64,000 bases of DNA, taken from Octopus sinensis (lineage: Eukaryota). The stretch spans positions 97,402,001 to 97,466,000 of the forward strand of contig NC_043005.1 of assembly GCF_006345805.1 (NCBI RefSeq). The letters run 5' to 3'. A program made the position numbers and the translations under genes. Shown here piece after piece: positions 13,080-25,959 of this stretch; the stretch's first letter is position 1; each line of letters opens with the position of its first letter. Under the pieces are notes generated by a model, which made no database searches, had not been told where the DNA came from, and saw only the letters and a program-made list of their open reading frames with translations.

Positions 13080-13607
13080 CCCTTTCTACTATAGGCACAA
13101 GGCCTGAAATTTGGTGGGAAGGGGATAGTCTATTACATTGATCCTAAGTACTCAACTGATGCTTGTTTTATTGACCCCAAGAGGATGAAAGGAAAAGTCA
13201 ACCTCAGCAGAATTTGAACTCAGAACAAGAAGATGGACGAAATACCCATTTCTTTACTACCCACAAGGGGCTAAACACAGAGGAGACAAACAAGGACAGA
13301 CAAACGGATTAAGTCAATTATATCGACCCCAGTGCATAACTGGTAATTATTTAATCGACCCCGAAAGGATGAAAGGCAAAATTGACCTCAGCAGAATTTG
13401 AACTCAGAACGTAGCAGCAGACGAAATACCACTAAGCATTTCCCCCAGTGTGCTAACATTTCTGCCAGCTCGTCGCCTTACAAAATACCACTAAGCATGA
13501 AAGGCAAAGTCAACCTTGGCGGAATTTGAACTCAGAACATAGTAACAGACGAAATACCACTAAGCATTTGGCACAGCATGCTAATGATTCTGCCAGCTCA
13601 CCGCCCC
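13080..13607 (-). mobile_element. Nested Meta-like SINE cluster
   Basis: A full copy is inserted into the head of another, with TSD ac(g/a)aaatacc (13237-13246, 13480-13489). A third partial copy follows. Confidence 0.85.
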
Positions 13608-14044
13608 AAACCAACAACAGGTGACCTACATGGTACTCATAGTATTAAGAAAGAAAAAATAATGTATAAATAAAAAAATTAAAAGTAATAATTTCTCTAT
13701 TTAAAAATAAATTTATTTGAGTGATAGTGGAAGTAAAATTAAAAATAAAAATTGAAATAAGAACAAACTGAAGATAACATTTATCAAACAAAAGAAATAA
13801 AATATTTCATATTTATAGATATATGTGTGTGCACATACTAAAACATGCACACATACACATAGACACTGATAGATATCCAGATCAATAGATACAAATACAT
13901 ATGTATACACAGACATGTATGTATACATATGTGTTTTGATGAAGGCAAAAAAAAAAAGACAAACATGCATATATACTCACAGATATTGTTGCTGAAACAC
14001 ATCCATATATGCACATAAACATAAACACAGATACACACATACAC

Positions 14045-14425
14045 AGTGCCAAGAGCACCATCTGAGTGTGATCGTTACCAGAGCGGCTAACTGGCTTCTG
14101 TGCCGGTGGCACGTAAAAGGCACCATTCGAGTTTGATCATTACCAGCATCACCTTACTGGCACCTGTGCCGGTGGCATGTGTAAAAAGATTCAAGTGAAG
14201 GCATTGCCAGTACCGACTGACTGGCCCCCATGCCGGTGGCACGTAAAAAGCACCCACTACACTCTCGGAGGGGTTGGCATTAGGAAGGGCATCCAGTTGT
14301 AGAAACTCTGCCAGATCAAGATTGGAGCCTGGTGCAGCCATCTGGTTTGCCAGCCCTCAGTCAAAATCGTCCAATCCATGCTAGCATGGAAAGCGGACGT
14401 TAAATGATGATGATGATGATGATGA
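14045..14425 (+). mobile_element. RTE 3'-UTR module (5'-truncated LINE or LINE-derived SINE)
   Basis: Tandem gccggtggcacgtaaaa(a/g)gcacc units, a ttaggaagggcatccag box, terminal hairpin cgtcc..ccatgctagcatgg..ggacg and a (GAT)n tail. Matches 39820-40143. Confidence 0.85.
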
Positions 14426-16099
14426 AATATATCCATACTCGTATATGCATACATACATACATACATGCATGCATACATAATATTTGCATATAATAAGTAA
14501 TTGATAATGAACACGTCCATCCAGTCGGCACTACAATACTATGATTACATTTTATCACATAATCGTTGGTCTGCAAAGATAGTACTGGGGATCCGTGAAC
14601 CTGTTAAGCTGACAGACCCTTCAATATCCTAGGCTCCATGAGAAAACTCATTAAAGGGGTCCTTGGTCGTGGAAAGGCTGGGAATCACTGTAACAGAAAA
14701 TTGTCGTGAAAGTTTCCTTATTGAGAAAAAAATGTGAATGAGCCAATGAAATATAACAGAAAACAACTTGATAGATCAATTTGCCAAGTTATCAATGCCA
14801 AAATGGCAATTATTGAATTTTAATATATCACCATGGTTACATACATACATGTGATATTCTTGGAAAAAGAGTGTTATGCCTAAATATAGTTAACAGTGTG
14901 TATTCCCACATTGGTATCATTATTTGAAGTTTCAGCAGAAGATATATCTGGAGATATATCCAGACATATACTGGACAATCAGTAGATGCCTGTCTATTAA
15001 ATATGTATACATATTGGCGCAGGTGTGACTGTGTGGTAAGGAGCTTGCTTCCCAACCATATGGTTCCAGGTTCAGTCCCACAGCATGGCACCTTGGGCAA
15101 GTGTCTTCTCTTATATCTTCAGGCCGACCAAAGAGAAACATTGATCAGGATGGATATGATGCCTTAGGGATAAATGTCAATTACTTCATTTTTTATATAT
15201 TCTTTTATTTTTTTACTTGTTTCAGTCGTTTGATTGTGGCCATGCTGGAGCACTGCCTTGAGGGGTTTCAGTCGAACGAATCAAAGCCAGGATTTATTTT
15301 TTAAGCCTAGTACTTATTTTATTGGCCTTTTTGCTGAACTGCTAAGTTATGGGGACATAAACAGACCAAAACAGGTTGTGTGATGCTGATGGGGGAACAA
15401 ACACAGATACAAAGAAACACATGCAATTTCAATTGCATACAGATGCACAATTACAATGGATTCTCAAGGCACACTTTATCATAACTTTATCTGTAATGGG
15501 TTATCTGTAACCCGTTACAGATAACTTTGTGTGTGTGTGTGTGTGTGTGATCTGACTATAAAATGTTGTCTAATAAGTATACAGATATAGAATCAAACGA
15601 CTTTTTGAAATGCCAAATAGCACAAATCACATGAAATATTATTACAATACTGGTCAGCTTTAATCAATATGTGTTGAAACGCTTGCACATGTAAAATACA
15701 TGTACATAAAATGCACATTATATTGTACAAGTTCTTCTCACTCCACCAGAGATTACAAACAAAAAAAAATAAAACGATCATCATCATCATCATCATCATC
15801 ATTTAACATCTGTTTTGCATGCTGGCATGGGTTGAATGGCTTGACAGGAACTGGGAAGGCTGGGATCTACACCAGGTTCCATTGTCTGCTTTGGCATGGT
15901 TTCTACAGTTGGATGCCCTTCTTAATGCCAACTACTTTTCAGAGTGTCCTGGGTGCTTTTATGTGGCACCAGTACCATTGCTTTTAATGTATAGATGTAT
16001 ATGTATATATGTATATATATATAGATGTATATGTGTATATAAGTATATATATATATCTATATGTATATATGTATAAATATATATATATGCATATATATT

Positions 16100-16395
16100 G
16101 TGGCACTCTGTCGATTACAAAGACAAGGGTTCCAGCTGATCCGATCAACAGAACAGCCTGCTCATGAAATTAATATGCAAGTGGCTGAGCACTCCACAGA
16201 CACATGTACCCTTAACGTAGTTCTCGGGAAGATTCAGTGTGACACAGAGTGTGACAAGGCTGGCCCTTTGAAATGCAGGCATAACAGAAACAGGAACAAA
16301 GAGTGAGTGAAAGAGTACAGCAGGGTTGACCACCACCCCCTGCTTGGAGCCTCACGGAGCTTTAGGTGTTTTTGCTCAATAAACACTCACAACAT
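16100..16395 (-). mobile_element. OR1-like tRNA-derived SINE, partial
   Basis: Reverse complement of the body of the 34341-34724 element. Confidence 0.75.
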
Positions 16396-16399
16396 TCTT

Positions 16400-16660
16400 C
16401 TTTAAATCTTCCTTGAGTCTTGCTTGCATTATTCTGGCCTCTTCAAATGCTTCCACTCCACTCCACACTTCTGGTCATCATCTAGCTCGATCCAAAGCAA
16501 GGGTTTCTATGTCTTTGGATCCATTCCAAGTGACTTCATGGTAGTCCTTATGCAGTCCTTAAACCTCTTTTTAGGTTTACGCCAATAGCTTTTCCCCTCT
16601 GCACTCTCACTATAAAACACACACACACATGCAAGTCTTGCCTTCTGCATTTTTCAGGGC
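16400..16660 (-). mobile_element. Old RTE (BovB-like) C-terminal fragment
   Basis: Minus strand reads FYSECAEGK..WRKPKKRFKDCIRTTMKSLGMDP, resembling the RTE GRPKKRFKD motif. Confidence 0.55.
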
Positions 16661-17009
16661 CCTATATCACATTCGCTAACATCTTGTAACTTAATCTTGA
16701 AGTGTTGTTTGATTATAATGGGTATCTTTTTTTTTTTTTCATAGAGTGCAGGTGGGAGGGTGTGGTTAAGAAGTTTGCTTTCCCAATGGCATGGTTTCCA
16801 TCTCAGTTTCCACCGTGTGACACTTTGGTGGTGGTGAGATTTTCTGTATAGCATCAGGGCTACCAAGGGCTTGTGCGTAAAGTGGTAGACAGAAACTGAA
16901 AGAAGCTTATCATACATGTATGCATGTATGTACATGTAGGTGTGTGTGTGTGCATGTGTGTGTGTGTGTGTGCATGCGTGTGTGTGCATGCGTGTGTGTG
17001 TGTACATAG

Positions 17010-17060
<51 letters not shown>

Positions 17061-17159
17061 CAAGCAGTATTGCTTGTGCGTTCTATGCACGTGCGAATTA
17101 AGCTAAACTGGGATGAAGTTCAATCAAAATTCAATTATTTTGGTTTTAAAATCAAGCAT

Positions 17160-17850
17160 TTAATGCCCTCTATTTTTGCGTTTATGTGTTCCATTTCCTC
17201 AATAGGAAGTACGTAGAAGCGTTTCATAAATTTTTGTTGATCAAATAATTGCATTGTTGAATTATTCTTTCAGATCAGTATTTCTCAGGGGAAAGTTTCA
17301 GGGAGTTGCTGGTGATGTATCGTGATGATCAAAAATCCGGCCTGCTAAAATTTGGTTAAAGTGATTCAAACTGCAAGCTCAACGCAAAATGGTCACATTT
17401 AATTCAAAGCGTTAAAAATATTATGAAAACAATTGGTATGTGTTCACAAAGTCCAAACGAGTAATACGAAAAAACCCTCCAGGCTACATCCTGAAAATTC
17501 ATTTCTTTGCCGAATCTCTACAATGTTTACGGAGATTCGTTTTTATATCTTGATTTTTTTTATTTTTCATGCAATTTACACATGCTTGTATGCGTGGTGA
17601 ACACAGTTCACGTCAAACAGCTGATTGAGTAAAGTTCACTATTCAATGCATGGGATAAGGCCTAAACAAACACATTATCGAGTTTTGCACTTGCGAGATG
17701 AATTTCGGAACAGAAATAGCGCAGTTCAATTTTCATTCGCCTAAACTGTAAGTGACCCATTTTTGGTGGTTCTACGATTTGTTGGCTAGGAGGAGATGTG
17801 ATGGGAAGTTAAACACACAGACACACAAGTTGAGTTTTATATATATAGAT
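17160..17850 (-). mobile_element. Helitron/Helentron-type non-autonomous element
   Basis: Terminus atctatatatataaaactcaacttgtgtgtctgtgtg on the minus strand, same architecture as 58828-59210. The left boundary is uncertain. Confidence 0.5.
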
Positions 17851-18718
17851 AAATGGCAATTTCTGTCTGTTATCATCTTGCTGCCTATACCAGTGAACTA
17901 ATCTTCACAAAACATTGCATGCATGTTAAACTAACATCTAGTTCAATTATAGGCTAATTAGATTTCAATAAAAATCGATAATGGGGCTCCACAGTGGTTG
18001 GGCTATTATATGATAAAATGAGGAGGGTGCAAAGAGTGTTAGGTTGATGGAAATATGATGGCGTAATGAGGGAGGCTGATATCAGGGAAAGAGAAAAGAC
18101 AGGAAGAGTCAGAGAGAGAGGGAATGTGAAAGACAGAGAGAGAGAATGAGAGACACGGACAGAGTGGGAAAGAGGGAATGTGTTCACTGAAGGGATCAGT
18201 GAGTTTTAAAACTCTGTTCTTTAATTTTTATATATCAGTTAACACATGCGTTTTAGTGAATTAACTATCGTATGCTCAGGCAAAACTTTTATAATATGTC
18301 CAACAACAGATGTAAAACTAACAAGTGCAAGGTAAAGTGTTTTTATATTTGTTTTCAAATCACCAAATTAAGATTTATTAAAACTTTACCGATCTACTGA
18401 AACAATAAAACTATAGCTAATGTCTTTCATTTTGTTCCATTGCTAAAACTGTTTTATTCTTAAGACAAATTGAAAAATAACACTCAACTCAAACTAGAAG
18501 ACATAAGGCTATAAAAACATCCACCGGAGGTGTTTCTTTACATTGCACCTTCAATACTATTCATATGGAATTTTACATCATCTCAAGATTCAAATGGTTC
18601 AGAAAAATGTTCAATTCCATCTTCCAGTTTTCAAAATAACCGTAAAGTTTTCCATCGGGTACTACTACTACTACTACTACCACCACCACCACTACTACTA
18701 CTATATATATATATATAT

Positions 18719-19497
18719 CAGAGGCGACTCTAGGTCATCAGCATCGCTCAGGCTCATCACAGATTTCACATAAGATACATGCCTGCTTGCCTGCTTGAGG
18801 AATTTCACGATTTTCCACAACATTTCTAGCCCCAAATGCCTTATTTTTCATATCTATCACTATGTCTTTCTCCATTTCAAAGTTAAGGGTAAAAATAAAG
18901 CAACCCTGAAAAACACAAGTGATCTTTACTCACAGACGCACAGAATAACCAGCAATCAAATAACGACGGCAGAGTGCACAACAAGCATCAATGATCTGAC
19001 TGTCACCTATACTCTTGACAAATGATGTCAGTCAGTTTTTTAAACCTGCCAAGCTTGTTTGTATTAGCCAGAGTTGTTGGAATAATTTTTCATTCCTTTA
19101 AGAATATTGTTGAATGGAAACTTTTCATAGATTGGAATTTAAATCCTAATCTCTATAGAAATTTATTGTTTCAAGAAAAAATTGAATTTGAATTACTTTT
19201 AATTTTTACGATTATAGATAATAACTTGGCTGTAACTTCTGAGCCCGAGTTAGGCACGTGTGAATGTTGTTGAGAGAAAGTCTGCTACGAATGATATCTT
19301 TTGACACAGGGCACCTCTAAGATGACCACCAGATGCTGAACAAAAGTAAATAAAGTGTGACCAGACTGAATAAGCAGAGCCCGAGGTATTGGCTGCAATT
19401 ATATACTTGAAGTCAGTGTTGGCAGAAATAAAATCAGCTTTACTAAATTTATGCTCAGTCTAAGCCAGAACAGCCCAAGTGCCAGACTCGCCACCTA
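18719..19497. mobile_element. Putative TIR MITE between (TA)n tracts
   Basis: Imperfect terminal inverted repeats cagaggcgactctagg / ccagactcgccacct. Confidence 0.4.
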
Positions 19498-19498
19498 T

Positions 19499-19538
<40 letters not shown>

Positions 19539-19632
19539 GGAAGGTTTACGAAAATCAACAAAAGACGAAGGCAGGTGGAGTACAAACAAATAATGTATTA
19601 GTATGGCGCTCAGGAATAGAAATAAAACAAGA

Positions 19633-19668
19633 CTTTTACGTTTCGAGCCTACGCTCTTCGACAGAAAG
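19633..19668 (-). ncRNA. Minimal type-I hammerhead ribozyme motif (A6U variant) in a ~190-bp element between (TA)n tracts
   Basis: CUUU-CUGUCGA-A-GAGC GUAG GCUC-GAAA-CG-UA-AAAG: stem I CUUU/AAAG, stem II GAGC/GCUC, palindromic minimal stem III. Confidence 0.65.
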
Positions 19669-19733
19669 ATACACAGAAAAGAAACAAGGAGAGAAAAAAA
19701 TTGCGTGTAGGGGCTAACGATCCAACATATATA

Positions 19734-19790
<57 letters not shown>

Positions 19791-20021
19791 TAAATCATAG
19801 GGTAGCAAAAAATATTTTAGAAAAATTCTTTGCTACCAGTGGGCTAGCAAGAATGAAAAATTAGTCAATAGACTATATATTATTCATAGAAAAAATACAG
19901 TGTACATTTAAACACATAAGAGATGTCCATGGAGAAGTGGGTGATGATGATGGTGGTGGTTGTAGTGGTGGTGGTGGAGGTGGTATTTGTGCGACACGAA
20001 TGTAAATCAACTTGCTTGTAC

Positions 20022-20090
<69 letters not shown>

Positions 20091-20327
20091 TCTCCCTCTG
20101 GTCGTTGTTGTTTAGCGCCAAGTCATCTCTGATTAAAATGGTCCACACACAATCACACAAGCTGTCCAACTAAATTACTGAAGTGAGCACAACAGTGTTC
20201 TCATAGAAAATTGGGCAACAATGTTAATCATATTTCTTGGCTTTGTCATTTTCTTTTGGAGATTGTTTCAAAAAGTGTTTTAACTAGGACTGGCCTGTTT
20301 ATTTTGAGATATCTAGGAATATAGTGT

Positions 20328-20680
20328 CTGTGGCACGTAAAAAGCACCAACCGATCGTGGCTGTTGCCAGCCTCCCCTGGCACCTGTGCCAGTGGCATGT
20401 AAAAAGCACCATCCGTACGTGGTCGATGCCAGCACCACCTTGACTGGCTTCCGTGCCAGTGGCACATAAAAAGCACCAACTGATCGCGGCCGTTGCCAAC
20501 CTCCCCTGGCACCTGTGCCGGTGACATGTAAAAAGCACCCACTACACTCACGGAGTGGTTGGCGTTAGAAACACTGCCAAATCGGACTGGAGCCTGGTGC
20601 AGCCTCCTGGCTTCCCAGACCCCGGTCAAACTGTCCAACCCATGCTAGCATGGAAAACGGACGTTAAACGATGATGATGA
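20328..20680 (+). mobile_element. RTE 3'-UTR module
   Basis: Four tandem gtggcac(g/a)taaaaagcacc units, terminal hairpin and (GAT)n tail. Confidence 0.85.
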
Positions 20681-21939
20681 GACTAAAACATGCTTGAAAG
20701 ATGAGAGGGTGGGGCTGGCATCGGCACTAACCATTCCCACAATAATATTCATCATGCAAGTTGTTTAGCAAGCCAAAACACCAGCATTAACACCACCACA
20801 TCTTCATAAGTCCAGTGATGACAGGGAAAGAGGCAACAAGGATAGGTAGAGGATGCTATTGGAAGTATTCAGCTTTGACACTGAATACAGGTGGTCATAA
20901 GATGATGATCATTTTCCACAGATCTGGGGGAGATGTCGATTTTGTGCCTCAGTTGTATTTTGTTGAGTCTTCATTCATCAAAGTAACAAGAGTGTCCACA
21001 ACTATCTAGGAATACATCTCAAAAGATAAACAGAAAGTGAATTTGATATTTTTCCGTTTTTAAATAGCTAAAATGGTTCCTATATGATGTAATTGCTCCA
21101 TGTTCGACTTAGGTTCTCAGATCAAGTCGCATGCTTGGCAAGTACAACTTCAAAATTATCAATGCGTCCTTCTCTTTATCAAGAGGGTAGAGGGTAATTT
21201 GAGTGAGGTTTGCTTGCTATTTCATGCACATGATAAAAAGTAAATAAAAAATGTTTGACTGAAACTACTTTCTAAACACTAAAACATTTATAGCAAGCAA
21301 AAACAAACTGAAAAATACTTATCAAAATTAAATTTTGAAATTGAAATAAAATTTTTTTAAAAATCAGGATAAATCAGTTTCAAAGCATTCTTTTGGAACT
21401 CCAAGCCAATTGTTTGAAAACCAGGATGAATCCTAGTTAACTCATCTTATCTGCATGGTTTGGTCCTTATCTCCAGTTTTTGTATCATTAAGTTGAGGAA
21501 AGAGAAATCTTTGCTCTGGATAAGATGCAAGAGTCTGTTACAAATAACTTTACCCTCAAGAGGAAGAATTGACCTCAGTATTGAAAGCTATCATGTCCCT
21601 TGCCAAATCATTGCTATTAAAGCTTCTCCTGTTTGGGTGTGAACTGTTTTAAGACTGTGGTTTATTTATAAACACGTAATCTGAGTCACCAGGAAAATTC
21701 CAGTGCTTGGGCATGTTGGGCTTGTTCATCGTGGACGATTTTTACAGTGTTTTCCCCAGATTTGAATAACAAAAACGAGAAAAACAAGAGCAACAAGAGC
21801 AACAAGACAACCATGAGCAAGAGCAATCACAACCACAAAGGAATGGTCGTCCAACCTGCTAGAAATAATAGCCAGAACGCATTCAAATCACACTACCATC
21901 TAAAATATGACACAGATAAAATAGTCCAAGATACAATGT

Positions 21940-22018
<79 letters not shown>

Positions 22019-22490
22019 GCTGGAATGTCTGATCACACGGCTGTTCAATCACAGCTGACCTAAAACTAAGCAACAACAAGTATTATTACAATAACAACAT
22101 CGACTTTACACAAGGAAATTATTTCACTAACAGTATTATTCGTCATATGTACATGACTTGTAATTTCAAGGAGTGGAATCTGAAAAGAGGAAATGTTTTA
22201 CGTCAAAGAATCACCTGTGTGACACACGTGGAAATAATGTAGAGTAGTGATTAAGCTGGATTGAGAATTATATATATATATACACACACACATACATACA
22301 CACACGCACACACATTTTTATATACACACACACACACACATATATATATACACACACACACACACACATATATATATACATAAATACATACACATGTGTG
22401 TGTGTGTTTTATGTATGTATGTATGTACAGACGGACGGACACGGATGAGTGGATGGCAATCCTTCGATATTGGTACAGGACGTCACTCAC

Positions 22491-22530
22491 CCAAACGACC
22501 GTTCCTTATAAAGTAGATAAAGAGATGAAC
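22491..22530 (-). other. Candidate 40-nt exon
   Basis: ctcctattttag|GTTC...TTTGG|gtgagt: consensus splice sites in unique sequence. No homology recognised. Confidence 0.25.
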
Positions 22531-22646
22531 CTAAAATAGGAGAATGATGTCTTCTCATATATATACGTTTTCATGCTGATGCTTCACAACCTCTACTGAC
22601 AGAACACACACACACACACACACTCATACATGCATACACACACGTA

Positions 22647-25425
22647 TGGCAAGATCCAGTCTCTTACAATGTCATTCCAGTCCAGTCTCTACTTTACAAT
22701 GGGCAGATCTGGCCAGATCCAGTCTTTTATAATGTCATTCCTGTCCAGTCTCTACATTACAATGGCCAGATGTGGCCAGATCCAGTCTCTTACAATGTCA
22801 TTCCAGTTCAGTCACTACCTTACAATGGCCAGATCTGGCCAGATCCAGTTTCTTACAATGTCATTCCAGTCCAGTCTCTAACTTACAATGGCCAGATCTG
22901 GCCAGATCCTGTCTCTTACAATGTCATTCCAGTCCAGTCTCTACTTTACAATGGGCAGATCTGGCCAGATCCAGTCTTTTATAATGTCATTCCTGTCCAG
23001 TCTCTAACTTACAATGGCCGGATGTGGCCAGATCCAGTCTCTTACAATGTCATTCCAGTTCAGTCTCTACCTTACAATGGCCAGATCTGGCCAGATCCAG
23101 TCTCTTACAATGTCATTCCAGTCCAGTCTCTAACTTACAATGGCCAGATCTGGCCAGATCCAGTCTCTTACAATGTCATTCCAGTCCAGTCTCTAACTTA
23201 CAATGGCCAGATCTGGCCAGATCCAGTCTCTTACAATGTCATTCCAGTCCAGTCTCTAACTTACAATGGCCAGATCTGGCCAGATCCAGTCTCTTACAAT
23301 GTCATTCCAGTTCAGTCTCTACCTTACAATGGCCAGATCCAGTCTCTTACAATGTCATTCCAGTCAAGTCTCTACATTACAATGGCCAGATCTGGCCAGA
23401 TCCCGTCTTTTATAATGTCATTCCAGTCCAGTCTCTACCTTACAATGGCCAGATCCAGTCTTTTATAATGTCATTCCTGTCCAGTCTCTAACTTACAATG
23501 GCCAGATCTGGCCAGATCCAGTCTTTTATAATGTCATTCCTGTCCAGTCTCTACCTTACAATGGCCAGATCCAGTCTCTTACAATGTCATTCCAGTCAAG
23601 TCTCTACCTTACAATGGCCAGATCCCGTCTTTTATAATGTCATTCCAGTCCAGTCTCTACCTTACAATGGCCAGATCTAGCCAGATCCAGTCTCTTACAA
23701 TGTCATTCCAGTTAATTTTCTACCTTACAATGGCCAGATCCAATCCCTTACAATGTCATTCCAGTTCAGTCTCTACCTTACAATGGCCAGATCTAGCCAG
23801 ATCCAGTCTCTTACAATGTCATTCCTGTCCACTCTCTACCTTACAATGGCCAGATCTGGCCAGATCCAATCCCTTACAATGTCATTCCAGTTCAGTCTCT
23901 ACCTTACAATGGCCAGATCTGGCCAGATCCAGTCTCTTACAATGTCATTTCAGTCCAGTCTCTACCTTACAATGGCCGGATCTGGCCAGATCCAGTCTCT
24001 TACAATGTCATTCCTGTCCACTCTCTACCTTACAATGGCCAGATCCAGTCTCTTACAATGTCAGTCCAGTTCAGTCTCTACCTTACAATGGGCAGATCTG
24101 GCCAGATCCAGTCTCTTACAATGTCATTCCAGTCCAGTCTCTACCCTACAATGGCCAGATCTGGCCAGATCCAGTCTCTTACAATGTCATTCCAGTCCAG
24201 TCTCTAACTTACAATGGCCAGATACTGTCTCTTACAATGTCATTCCTGTCCAGTCTCTACCTTACATTGGCCAGATCTGGCCAGATCCAGTCTCTTACAA
24301 TGTCATTCCAGTCCCCTCTCTACCTTACAATGGCCAGATCTGGCCAGATCCAGTCTTTTATAATGTCATTCCTGACCAGTTTCTACATTACAATGGCCGG
24401 ATCTGGCCAGATCCAGTCTCTTACAATGTCATTCCTGTCCAGTCTCTACCTTATAATGGCCAGATCCAGTTTCTTACAATGTCATTCCATTTCAGTTTCT
24501 ATCTTACAATGGCCAAATCTGGCCAGATTCAGTCTCTTACAATGTCATTCCAGTCCAGTCTCTGCCTTACAATGGCCAGATCTGGCCAGATCCAGTCTCT
24601 TACAATGTCATTCCAGTCCAGTCTCTACCTTACAATGGCCAGATCCAGTCTCTTACAATGTCATTCCTGTCCAGTCTCCACCTTATAATGGCCAGATCCA
24701 GTTTCTTACAATGTCATTCCATTTCAGTTTCTATCTTACAATGGCCAAATCTGGCCAGATTCAGTCTCTTACAATGTCATTCCAGTCCAGTCTCTGCCTT
24801 ACAATGGCCAGATCTGGCCAGATCCAGTCTCTTACAATGTCATTCCAGTCCAGTCTCTACCTTACAATGGCCAGATCCAGTCTCTTACAATGTCATTCCT
24901 GTCCAGTCTCCACCTTACAATGGCCAGATCTGGTCAGATCCAGTCTCTTATAATGTCATTCCTGTCCAGTCTCTACCTTACAATGGCCAGATCCAGTTTC
25001 TTATAATGTCATTCCAGTCCAGTGTCTACCTTACAATGGCCAGATCTGGCCAGATCCTGTCTCTTATAATGTCATTCCAGTCCAGTCTCTACCTTACAAT
25101 GGCCAGATCCAGTCTCTTATAATGTCATTCCAGTCCAGTCTCTACCTTACAATGGCCAGATCTAGCCAGATCCAGTCTCTTACAATGTCATTCCAGTCCA
25201 GTCTCTACCTTTCAATGGCCAGATCTAGTCTCTTATAATGTCATTCCAATCCAGTCTCTAACTTACAATGGCCAGATCTGGCCAAATCTAGTCTTTTATA
25301 ATGTCATTCCAGTCCAGTCTCTACCTTACAATGGCCAGATCTGGCCAGATCCAGTCTCTTATAATGTCATTCCAGTTCAGTCTCTACCTTACAATGGCCA
25401 GATCTGGCCAGATCCAGTCTCTGAT
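22647..25425. repeat. Minisatellite/satellite array of 63-bp and 53-bp units
   Basis: Consensus cagtctcttacaatgtcattccagtccagtctctaccttacaatggccagatct-ggccagatc. Short units lack one ggccagatct 10-mer. Roughly 45-50 units. Confidence 0.98.
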
Positions 25426-25944
25426 AAATTCATTCTAAAAGTAAATAATCACATTATCAAAATCTCAAAGCAGCAAGATACTCTTTACTCTTTTATTTGT
25501 TTTAGTCATTTGACTGTGGCCATGCTGGAGCACCGAGTTTTAGTCATGCAAATCGACCACAGGACTTATTCTTTGTAAGCCTAGTACTTATTCTATCTGT
25601 CTCTTTTGCTGAGCCGCTAAGTTACGGGACGTAAACACAGCAGCATCGGTCGTCAAACGATGTTGGGTAGACAAACACACACACATATATACATATACAT
25701 ATATACGACGGGCTTCTTTCAGTTTCCATCTACCAAATCCACCCACAAGGCTTTGGTTGGCCCAAAGCTATAGTAGAAGACACTTGCCCAAGGTGCTACA
25801 CAGTTGGACTGAACCCGGAACCATGTGGTTGGTAAGCAAGCTGCTTACCACACAGCCTCCCCTGCGCCTATAATTCATATTTAATTCAATGCAATATGAA
25901 TAAATAAGCAATACGTTTCACAGAGCAACCTGAATACAGACGGG
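25426..25944. mobile_element. piggyBac-type MITE end interrupted by a full OR2-like SINE (25481-25870, minus strand)
   Basis: The array runs into ttcattctaaaagtaaataatcac..., resumes after the SINE and ends ...acagacggg|ttaa. Confidence 0.6.
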
Positions 25945-25959
25945 TTAAAATAAAGTGAT

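Noticed and set aside
22630-25122. Long ORFs (up to 438 aa) with 21-aa repeats
   Set aside because: All three + frames are open simply because the 63-bp unit lacks stops. Interspersed 53-bp units shift the frame at random, so there is no frame preservation.
22647-25425. CRISPR-like array (palindromic repeat at regular spacing)
   Set aside because: The intervening sequences are near-identical rather than unique spacers. There are no cas genes and the context is eukaryotic.
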